64,000 bases of DNA from Naegleria gruberi (taxonomy: Eukaryota). The notes under the pieces are model-generated. The model did not search any database. It was given only the letters and a program-made list of their open reading frames with translations, and was not told where the DNA came from. Position numbers and translations under genes: made by a program. Positions 55,455 through 64,000 of the stretch are shown here, piece by piece. Location: NCBI GenBank assembly GCA_000004985.1, contig GG738927.1, one strand, 5' to 3'. Each line of letters begins with the position of its first letter. Positions within the stretch are counted from its first letter, which is position 1.

Positions 55455-56774
55455 ATGTTTTATTGGCTGCTTGGATCGATACCCTTTGTGGTACTCTTTT
55501 CTTTGGCTTATTACAAACAAAACTTGTTACTCTATTGTAATTATATGCCAAGAGGACAGGCTAGAATACTTGAATACTTACCTTCTATCTTCAATCTGCC
55601 ATTCGAAGATATTTTCCTCGATACATTGGACGGACAAGCAAAGATACATTGTTGGTTCCTTCGTTATGTACAACCAAATAGTGGCGGAATTGATGCTGCC
55701 TTCCTTCAAAAGAAGTCAAACGATAAACATGATGAAGACGAGGATGGAATCTTTTCCTTCCATCAAAATCAAACTGTAGGAATTTCTAATCATGCCGAAG
55801 AACATGGAAAGAAGAAGCAAAAGAAGAGTAATGTTGCCATGATGCAATACAAGAAGCAACTTCAATATACTCCAACAATAATCATGTTCCATGGTAATGC
55901 TGGAAATATTTCCCATCGTTTGACCAATGCTAGAGATATGTATCATACTTTAAAGTGTAATATTCTCATGGTTGAATATAGAGGATATGGTAAGAGTACT
56001 GGAGAACCTTCCGAAGAGGGCTTGAAGAATGATGCTGAAACAGCAATTAGATATCTTCTTGAGAAGCGATCGGATATCAATCCAAATAACATTTTCATTT
56101 TCGGAAGAAGTTTAGGAGGAGCTGTATCAATTTATTTGGCTTCAAAATATGCCAATGCTATTCGTGGAGTTATTGTTGAGAATACCTTCATGTCTATTCC
56201 AAAGTTGATACCAGCCATTTTCCCATACAGATTCATTTCACCAATTCTTCAATTCTTTAGTGTCAATAAGTGGGATAATGAAGCTACATTGAGAAATGCT
56301 CAATTCAGAAATGATTATCACAGAAAGAGACTTAATGGTGATTTGCCATTCTTATTTATTAGTGGAAGAAAGGATGAACTCATTCCAGCCACTCATATGG
56401 ATACTCTCATTGAAATTTATTGTGAAAGATTTGGAGAATATTGTTATGTTAAGAGATTTGATGAAGGCACTCATTATGGAACTTGGTTATGTCCTGGATA
56501 TTATGTTAATTTATACAAATTTGTTAAAAAGTTTAGAGTTAATCCACCAGTTGAACCAACCAAAACAAGAAAGCATTCTGTAGCTAAGACTCACAGTCTC
56601 CCTCAAACAGAACTTCAAATGTCTGACGATGTTATTGATAATATTACTATTACATTTGCTGACCCTCAATCACTCTCTGATTATAGTGGTAGTGCTCCAA
56701 ACAGTGGATCCAATAGCAATTCTAATAGTGGTGATAACACTCCTAGAAAGAAGGGTACCTATCTCTTCAGATAG
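55455..56774 (+). CDS. Alpha/beta-hydrolase Bem46 / ABHD13-like, 439 aa
   Basis: MFHGNAGNISHRL...MVEYRGYGKSTGEPSEEGL...IFIFGRSLGGAVSIYLAS...VIVENTF...LFISGRKDELIP...GTHYGTWLCPGYY, co-linear with ABHD13/Bem46. Nucleophile GRSLG. Charge-relay Asp in RKDELIP and His in GTHY. Insert with D/E-rich and N-rich stretch. C-terminal S/N-rich tail. Confidence 0.85.
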   Translation: MFYWLLGSIPFVVLFSLAYYKQNLLLYCNYMPRGQARILEYLPSIFNLPFEDIFLDTLDGQAKIHCWFLRYVQPNSGGIDAAFLQKKSNDKHDEDEDGIFSFHQNQTVGISNHAEEHGKKKQKKSNVAMMQYKKQLQYTPTIIMFHGNAGNISHRLTNARDMYHTLKCNILMVEYRGYGKSTGEPSEEGLKNDAETAIRYLLEKRSDINPNNIFIFGRSLGGAVSIYLASKYANAIRGVIVENTFMSIPKLIPAIFPYRFISPILQFFSVNKWDNEATLRNAQFRNDYHRKRLNGDLPFLFISGRKDELIPATHMDTLIEIYCERFGEYCYVKRFDEGTHYGTWLCPGYYVNLYKFVKKFRVNPPVEPTKTRKHSVAKTHSLPQTELQMSDDVIDNITITFADPQSLSDYSGSAPNSGSNSNSNSGDNTPRKKGTYLFR

Positions 56775-56824
56775 ATTATCTTTTTAATATTTGAAAAAAA
56801 CAATTTTGAAAATTTAGGAAAAAA

Positions 56825-57595
56825 ATGAACAAGAAACGAAAGATTGATACAACCTCTTTATTCGTTCCTAATATCTCGGAAATCATTGAAACAGTTAAAC
56901 TAGGTTTGGAAAATGAAAATTTTGATGATACACTAGAATATTTGGAAAATTTACTTGATGAAAATTCCACTCCTCCCGAATCCATTAAAAGATTATTATT
57001 TCCTCTTTTCCACTTTTATATTAAATATATTTTACTTCCGAATCAACAAGTTGAAAAGGCAGTATTATTCATGAGCAAATCATTGAAATATTCATCTTCA
57101 CTCGATATTTATGTGGAACTCATAACTTCCTCTTCTTCAATTGATAATTCAAACTTAACAGACTCGAATGAAACTTTGAAAACACTCATTGATTCTACAT
57201 GCTACAATATTCTCCAAAATTCACACCTTTTCACATGTCAATGTTCAGAAAAAGAATCACAGATGAATTCTCCCTCAATTAAACTAGCAATTGAGCAAGA
57301 TGACTTTACTGAATGGGAAATGGATTTATTCACTCGAGCATTCCAGGATCCTCTCACCCAAACCTTTCACCCTGCCTCCCTTAATGAACTCCTCGATCCT
57401 CTCAATGGGTTCTCCCTCAAACGACTTTCTCAATTGGAACCACTTTCGTTTCCCTTCTCCGTCCAAGAAATTCATCCCGTCTCAACAACAAACGAAACTC
57501 AAACCACACCAACTCCCTCACCTTCACATTCCACACAACCTGTCAATATATCCGTAGTGAAAAATAGCGCTGATAAATCACCCAATCTATTTTAA
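56825..57595 (+). CDS. Hypothetical protein, 256 aa
   Basis: Clean ORF starting MNKKRKIDTT. S/T/P-rich C-terminus. No motif recognised. Confidence 0.4.
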   Translation: MNKKRKIDTTSLFVPNISEIIETVKLGLENENFDDTLEYLENLLDENSTPPESIKRLLFPLFHFYIKYILLPNQQVEKAVLFMSKSLKYSSSLDIYVELITSSSSIDNSNLTDSNETLKTLIDSTCYNILQNSHLFTCQCSEKESQMNSPSIKLAIEQDDFTEWEMDLFTRAFQDPLTQTFHPASLNELLDPLNGFSLKRLSQLEPLSFPFSVQEIHPVSTTNETQTTPTPSPSHSTQPVNISVVKNSADKSPNLF

Positions 57596-57678
57596 ATAGC
57601 TCCCTTTTAAATTACTTTACAATAAAACAAGTCCTTATTGGGTAGTAATAATTATTATGTGATTCGCAACAATAAAAA

Positions 57679-60404
57679 ATGCAACAACAAGTCTTAGAGG
57701 ATGATGTGAAGGATAAACATTATCATTCGGAAGAAGGCTTGGATGATGGCAGTAGTAGTAACAGCAAAACTTCATCATCAACTTTATCTACTAATGTTAA
57801 TAGTAATAATACAACGACAATAAGAATGGAAAATTCAAAGAGTAGTAAGAATATGGCGGTGGAGGAATCGGTGGTCAATCAGGATAACAATATTGGTGCT
57901 AGTAAGAATGATGTTAATAGTAATATGCCAACAATTGTTATTCCTCATTCTTCGGAGAGTAGTAATTCAACAATTGCACATCATCATTTGCCCTTCAAAG
58001 TTGTAAATAACATCCACAATGAAAAAAGAAATAATTCTGTAGATTCCTTCTCCTCTGTGAGTATTTCTCCAACGACACCATCCACTGCTGGAAGTAGCAT
58101 TACTGTAAATTCAAATATTAGTTATAATAATAGTCGATTTGTAAATACGAATTTCACTTTTGGTTCATCAGGCTCTTTGACATTGACACCAACTGGTATT
58201 CACTCTCCTTCAATTCAAAATTCTGCCTCTATGAATAATTCAACAGGTACACTTCCGAGTGTTGATTCACAAAATATACATTTTTCAATGCCAATAGAGC
58301 AAGGTGGCCAATCCTATCAAAACTTGTCTGTGGATACTTCTCATCCTGAATTTTTACCTGCCACCAAGTTGACAGGAACTAGTAATTCTAGTTTTGGATC
58401 GTTAATCAATGGAACAAGTACCCAAAACAGAAGTGTTCTCTCAGTGAGATCAGTTGGCTCAAATATTGCCTTTGTGCCATCTCCTGGTTCTTCCAAGACA
58501 ATAATTTCTCCAGTGGCAGTTTCTTCATCAGTTTCCTTCGCAAATAATACAAAGAATAATACCATAAGCGACCCAGTTGCATTGAAAGGTACTGAATATT
58601 ATCATCATGATGAGGATGAAAAGGACGATTTTAAAAATGATGAAATCTCTACCTTTAAGGATGTGGATTTGAATCAAGAAGTTTCCGATGAGGATGATGG
58701 ATCGTCTCATAGAGATTCAATTGATACTAACAGAAAGAGTGTGGAATTGTTACTCAAGGATATTCCAACCTCTACTGGTAAAAGTGATGATTTTCATAGA
58801 GAACGATTGTGGAGACATTTCACTAAAACTAATATTGCTTTTGGTGTTTACAATTTAATTAATGATGTTGTATCACCAGCAACAATTAGTTCAGGTTATA
58901 CTGTCGCTCAGTCTGGTATTGGCGCCTATGTTTTAACATTGGTCATTGTTGCCTGTTTGATATTTTTCACGTTGATAATTCTCTATGATATGGCTAATGC
59001 ACAAAAAGTTACGAGTTTTCCTTCATTGATTAAGAAAACTTTTGGAAATATTGGATATATTTTGATTTGCATATTTATATTTTTGTTCAATTTTGGAGCT
59101 GTTTGTTCTGAACTTATTGAAATTTCTCAAATTTTGCCTGATTTATTGTATGAGCTTATTGGAAAGGAGTCAGTTTTCATTTCAAGATATGCTGTACTTG
59201 TTTATGTAACCATTATTTTGTTACCAATTGCATCTATGAAGCAATTATCAAGCTTCAAGTATGCTTCCCTCATTTCTGTAACTAGTGTTGCCCTAATTTC
59301 CATCTTATTGACCTATGAGCTTGGTCTCGGTAGAAGAAAGGTTCCTTACAATGATTCAGTTTTTGATTTTTTAAGACCTCAATATTTGAGCGCTATGGGA
59401 ACCTTGAGTTTTGTTTTTGTTTGCCATGATGTAAGTAGTATTACACTCATACTGATTCCAATAATTCCTAAAATCAATAGGTGAGTTTTGAGGTGATTGG
59501 ATCACTCAAAAACAATAGTAGAAAGCGTTACATGATTCTTGTATTTTGCATGCTTCTTTTGGCTGTTGGAGTTCTTCTTTTTATGGGACTTTCGAGCTTT
59601 TTATTGTTTTTCGATGTCAATTTGAAGGATGCCAATGTTTTGGATTTATTACCAAAGAATTATGGATTGGCGATTTTGGCAAGAATTCTCCTTTGTGCCT
59701 CTCTTGGATTATCAATTTCCTACACTTGTTTCATGCCTCGATTTGCCCTTAAGTCAGTAATCAAGACAATTTTGCAACAATTCGACGAAGTTAAACAACA
59801 AAAGGAACAATTCAAAACAAAACCATTCACTAGTGAACCATCCGACGAAAATACAGTTACTGAAAGTGAGCTTACTGTAGTGAGTGCTGGAAAGGACTCT
59901 GAAGAGGAGGATGCTGCAACAACTAGTGTCAATGAAACTTCACCAACAAGTGAAAATACCAAACACAAGAATGCAGTCTTGGCAAGTATTTCCAGATTCT
60001 TTGCCACCAGAACAGGAAAAGACGCTCTCCACTACGGAACTACCTTAATAGTTGTCCTGTCTGCTTTCATTGTTGCAATACTTGTGGAAAATTTGGGAGT
60101 TATTATTGGACTCACAGGAGCCATCAGTGCCACAACCATCGCTTATATTTTCCCAAGTTTGACCTACATTGTTTTGGAGAGAAGAGAACGAAAGGAAATG
60201 ATTGCAAAACTATTGGAAAAACAAGATTATGAAATGGTCAAGAATCACAAGGAAGCCAAGTCAACCAATACCAGCAAGAATATCAAACTTTCACTTCCTT
60301 GGACAAGAAGGGCTGCTGTGGCCTTCTCTTATTTTGTCTTGTTGACTGGATTTGCCATTCTTGTATTGAGTTTATCGAGTATTATTTATTATGCAGTTCA
60401 ATAA
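57679..60404 (+). CDS. Amino-acid transporter, Aa_trans (SLC38/AVT-like) family with long Ser/Asn-rich N-terminal extension; join(57679..59430,59481..60404), 891 aa
   Basis: After ~390 low-complexity residues the sequence reads NIAFGVYNLINDVVSPATISSGYTVAQSGIGAYVLTLVIVACLIFFTLIILYDM... (TM1-2 of Aa_trans), ...LGTLSFVFVCHD|VSFEVIGSLKNNSRKRYMILVFCML (Aa_trans FAF.CH motif spanning a 50-nt GTAAGT...AATAG intron in phase 0), ...LIVVLSAFIVAILVENLGVIIGLTGAISATTIAYIFPSLTYIVL (TM10-11). Confidence 0.75.
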
Positions 60405-61157
60405 AGTTTTTACTAAACTTGAGATTGAATAAACTAAACTTTATCAAATTGATTTCTTCTTTTTTGGATAATGAGTTTAAAAACTCTTACCCAATGCTTT
60501 TTCTTAAATTTATAGCAAGTTTTCTTCACTAGCTTCCCGGAAATTTTCGCCGCCGCCGCCATAGCAAAAGTAAGGTCCTCCGACAAGTGTATGGTTCTTG
60601 TTGCATCCGAGTTTCATGTAAATATAAGTGCATGGATAGTGCAGTGGCATGAATCTGGTAATACCAACGCAGAGACGTTGGTTCGATTCTTGATAAGCGA
60701 TAAAATTTTAATTTTTATTTGTATCTTCTAAAGTTAATAATAGTTTGGATCTGCATAAAATAATTGCATATCTGAATTATTTAATCCATTATGAAAAGAA
60801 ATATTATTAATCATTTTTCTGTCTTGTTTATTTTGTACTTCCGTTCCCACTTGTTTTATCATTTCTGAACTAACTTTAAATTTAGCATAAAAATTGAATA
60901 AATTGTTTTCAATGTGGAAATAAATTGAATAATTATTGTAAATAATTTAGTAAAATCAAATAACTGTTAAACATGGATTCTAATGTTTCAGTTGAACTTG
61001 TTAATATTAATTCGCGTTGTATAAATAATATCCATTATTTATGAATATTAATTAAATCATTTAGTATACTTAAACTTGTAATATTAGATTCTATTTAATT
61101 TAATCTATTGAATATGTTAAAAATATTTGGAACCTATGAAGTGGAAGAGTAAATTTA

Positions 61158-62715
61158 TTATTCATTAAGTTCATCATTTACACATTGTTTGAAAAAGTTT
61201 ATAAAATCTATTTGAACATTTAAAGAAGATGGTAATTTTGATATAATATATTCACAAACATTAGAATACGGCTTAACTAAGCCAAATTGTTTTTGATTGA
61301 GTGATTTTAATATTAAAATAGGAAAGGTTGAAATTAATTTCCCAACAATAGCTTTTCTTATATAATTAGCATATTTCAAATTAGTCAGTTGTTTAAAATG
61401 TTCTTGATTATCATGGTTTTTGTTGTCTATTAAATTATGATATTTAAAAAATTCATAAACATAAATATTTTCAATATTAATATTAATAATATTACTTTCC
61501 CTTGTACTTTTTAATAATGATATAATGATCATATCATTATTCACATCAAAATTTTTAATTAGGTGTTTAGTATGATTATTATTAATTACATTTTTAATAT
61601 TAATTAATAAATTATCATGATTAACTTGTTGAATAATTAATTCTTGAATTATTTTATCTATTTTATCTAGTACTATGTTATTATTTGGAGTAATTGATGA
61701 AGTAATAATAGTATTTCCAGATTGTTGAATATTGTTGGAAGATTCAATTGTAGAATTATTATTAGTACTGATTGGTATTGTTAAATTAATTGCAGATTCT
61801 ATTGTTGTTGTAGTAGTGTTTGTAGGTTCTATTGTTGTTGTTATTAAATTATTTGATGTTGTATTTGTAGGTTCTATTGTTGTAATTGATGTAATTATTG
61901 AATCTGTTGTTGTACTTGTTAAATTATTAATATTTATAGTGTTTGTAGGTTCTATTATTGTATTTGTAGATTTAGTAGTTGTTGTTAAATTATTTGATGT
62001 AGTGTTTGTTATTGGAGTACTTATTAAATTATTTGTAGGTTCTATTGTTGTTGAATTATTTATAGTATTTGTAGATTGTATTGTTGTACTTTTTGTAGGT
62101 TCTATTGGTTTTGAATGTCTTATTATTCTCTAAATTATGTTAATGAAATATAATTAATAAAACAAACCCGTTTTTTTGTTGTTGTTAAATTAGTATGTTC
62201 TATTGTTGGTGTGGTTGTTATTAAATTATTTGATGTAGTGTTTGTTGGGTCTATTGTTGTTGTTAATTTAATTGTTGAATCTGTTGTTGTTGTTGTTAAA
62301 GTATTTGATGTAGCATTATTCGTAGGTTCTGTTGTTTTTAGTTTTTTGTGTCGCTTTGATGTTGTTAAATTATATTATATTTAAAATTAAAACAAACCCG
62401 TTTCTTATTATCACCATTATCATCACCATTATTCTTATCATCATCATCATTATTATTATCATATTCATCATTATTATCATCATCTTGTTCAACCTTTCTT
62501 TTACCAAACATCTTCTCCTCTATCGTAGTAGGAGGAAACAAAAAATGTTCACCATAAATAAAATTATCATTTGTTAAATCAATACATTCCATATTAACAA
62601 ACTCTTTTATATTATATGAATGTATAATGTGATCAACATGGATTCTAATAAATTTTGCTCCTTCGTGGATTTTTAGGTTTATGGATTTTGTTATTGGTGG
62701 ACCTTGTATTCTCAT
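61158..62715 (-). CDS. Thr-rich (TTIEPTNTTSNNL) tandem-repeat protein with N-terminal domain and N/I-rich C-terminal domain; proposed complement(join(61158..62129,62168..62353,62398..62715)), about 491 aa
   Basis: Minus-strand exon 1 (ORF 62715..62398) ends ...NKKR|GTTTGTTTTAAT.... Exon 2 (62353..62168) is T-rich and again ends ...TTTKKR|GTTTGTTTTATT.... Exon 3 (62129..61158) continues the T-rich repeats into the ORF-track segment 61544..61158. The two donors are near-identical (AAACGG|GTTTGTTTT). Introns are 44 and 38 nt, unusually short, so the splice model is tentative. Confidence 0.45.
61780..62340. repeat. Coding minisatellite: about 40-45-nt units (…TTTGTAGGTTCTATTGTTGTTGTTATTAAATTATTTGATGT…) repeated at least 10 times
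   Basis: GGTTCTATTGTTGT recurs at 61787, 61829, 61868, 61948, 62036, 62094, 62240, 62325 and so on. On the minus strand the units encode T-T-I-E-P-T-N-T-T-S-N-N-L. Confidence 0.8.
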
Positions 62716-62792
62716 TTTTTTTTAAAACATTTAAATCTATTAATAAAACATGCCGGTAGGTTTTATTTTTAGATCATCATATAAAAGTTGAA

Positions 62793-63476
62793 TCATAAAC
62801 GTTCTTTCCAAACTTTCTTTCCTTTAGCTAACTGTTCATTAACTAATTGCAATTCAAACACAATATAATCAAACTCTATTCTGATCTTGTGAGTTTCTTG
62901 TAAATAAACCAATTTTAAATTCACTACCATTGACCTCCACTTCTTCTTTTTATGTTCCCATTTATACAACCACCAATATCTATTATCCTCAAGAATAGGA
63001 AGAAAGGAATTTGGAGCATCATTAATCCATTCTAAAGTAGTTCTATCAACTTTTCTGCTACTTCCAGCCTCAAGTCCTCTATCAAAAATCCGATAATTGT
63101 CTTTGCTTTTACTTCCGTGAAATGATAAATCCAATTTCATACATAAAGCTTTCCATTCTATTTCATCACAACTAATTGTATTGTAGGTGTTAACAAATCT
63201 AGATATAGAACGTTTAGCATCTGGCACCATTCTTCTTCTGATAATATCCACAATCTCAGCCTCCATTACCATCACACGCTTCAAATAATAATCAGCATCA
63301 AAAATAAAAAAACTTTTTCGTTTTCCAATTAAATTATCGTCCAATCCTTCATTAAAATCACCAAAGAGATCCAAATAATCATCTAAACTCCCATCATCTG
63401 CTTTTTCGACAGTAGCAGCAAGCTTTTGTTCAACTTCTTCCAACACAGCCCTCTTCGAGACTTTTTTTTTGATCAT
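62793..63476 (-). CDS. Hypothetical protein, 227 aa
   Basis: Clean ORF MIKKKVSKRAVLEEVEQKL... with acidic N-terminal third and W/K-rich C-terminus. No motif recognised. Confidence 0.4.
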   Translation of the reverse strand: MIKKKVSKRAVLEEVEQKLAATVEKADDGSLDDYLDLFGDFNEGLDDNLIGKRKSFFIFDADYYLKRVMVMEAEIVDIIRRRMVPDAKRSISRFVNTYNTISCDEIEWKALCMKLDLSFHGSKSKDNYRIFDRGLEAGSSRKVDRTTLEWINDAPNSFLPILEDNRYWWLYKWEHKKKKWRSMVVNLKLVYLQETHKIRIEFDYIVFELQLVNEQLAKGKKVWKERL

Positions 63477-63866
63477 TCCAAAATTTTAATCTCACGCATT
63501 GTTGTTGGCATGGTGTTTTATTGAAAAAATTTTTGCCGCAAGTTACCAGCAAATAGTAAGCTAGTGTTATTGTCTTTTTAGTAATAGTGTGCAGGATGTT
63601 GGATGAGCGCTGGCTAGGTTTTTTATCCGTATGTAACTGCCATCCATCTCACCTTCACCCTGAAAAAACTCGTTAGATATTTCGCAAGGGTACAAATGTT
63701 CCCGCCAAATTTTTGAACAATGTGAAATTAATTGTTTTAGCAGCATTGCAAAGGTTTCAATGAATTAATTGATAACAAAATTTTGATTTTGGGATGGCAT
63801 TGATTAAATTAACTTGTGGATTCATTTGATACTCAGTAATGCTTCAATGTTAAATAGTTGCAAATT

Positions 63867-63886
63867 GGCGCCAAAATTTTGGCGCC
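63867..63886. promoter_or_regulatory. Perfect 20-nt palindrome GGCGCCAAAATTTTGGCGCC (two inverted TTTGGCGCC E2F-like half-sites). A second E2F-like TTCCCGCCAAA lies at about 63699-63709
   Basis: Read directly: ggcgccaaaattttggcgcc is its own reverse complement. TTTSGCGC is the E2F/DP consensus. Sites lie in the 5' intergenic region upstream of the minus-strand gene 62793..63476. Confidence 0.3.
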
Positions 63887-64000
63887 AACTTTAATCATGT
63901 CTGTCTTTCCAAAGATTAGAAACTTATCTTCTCCTGTCCATCAGATATCTCAAGCTAGCTGACCCTCAACTCAGAGGTTATCCGTTGGTTAAATATCCAT

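Noticed and set aside
60600-60690. Calling a bona fide tRNA gene
   Set aside because: D-loop-like and T-loop-like strings are present, but I could not find complementary acceptor or T stems giving a cloverleaf. Kept only as a tRNA-like/Pol III-like element of unknown nature in the findings.
61732-62133. 133-aa plus-strand ORF (MLEDSIVELLLVLIGIV…GSIVVV…)
   Set aside because: Antisense shadow of the Thr-rich minisatellite. Purely V/I/G/S hydrophobic repeats with no stop simply because the repeat unit lacks them.

Overview
This window is eukaryotic nuclear DNA and is AT-rich (coding about 35-38% GC, intergenic about 25%). Genes are compact on both strands with short GT-AG introns, and there is one assembly gap (N-run at 44853-45025). 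Codon usage (CAA for Gln, AGA for Arg, GGT/GGA for Gly, TTA/TTG for Leu), frequent poly-Asn, poly-Gln and Thr-rich runs, many F-box genes, and a type II citrate synthase with a PTS2-like N-terminus point most strongly to a dictyostelid social amoeba with moderately higher GC than D. discoideum. An AT-rich early-diverging fungus cannot be excluded, because three fungal-type Zn2Cys6 transcription-factor genes are present. I support about 33 protein-coding genes. Housekeeping genes include Sec15 and Sec31, a type II citrate synthase, a Bem46/ABHD13 hydrolase, an Aa_trans amino-acid transporter, an aquaporin and a PLGRKT homologue. A roughly 15 kb segment (10-25 kb) stands out. It carries three paralogous Zn2Cys6 regulator genes with an identical 3-exon layout, interleaved with enzyme genes: two SDR reductases, a GT1 UDP-glycosyltransferase, an S10 serine carboxypeptidase (SCPL-like), an LCAT-family lipase and an F-box/LRR gene. 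This is the best candidate for an undescribed co-regulated metabolic module. Other points of interest are an aquaporin whose first NPA box reads NCA, a receptor-like gene with an apparently degenerate nucleotide-cyclase homology domain, a Thr-rich repeat gene built from a duplicated exon-intron module, two paralogous S/T-rich genes with a shared C-terminal K-x-PGES-W-x-W motif, a GC-rich structured intergenic element with tRNA-like motifs, and a perfect 20-nt palindrome with E2F-like half-sites. A long minus-strand coiled-coil gene (1-3178) is missing from the supplied ORF track because it runs off the window edge. All calls are by eye from motifs and reading frames. No searches were run.
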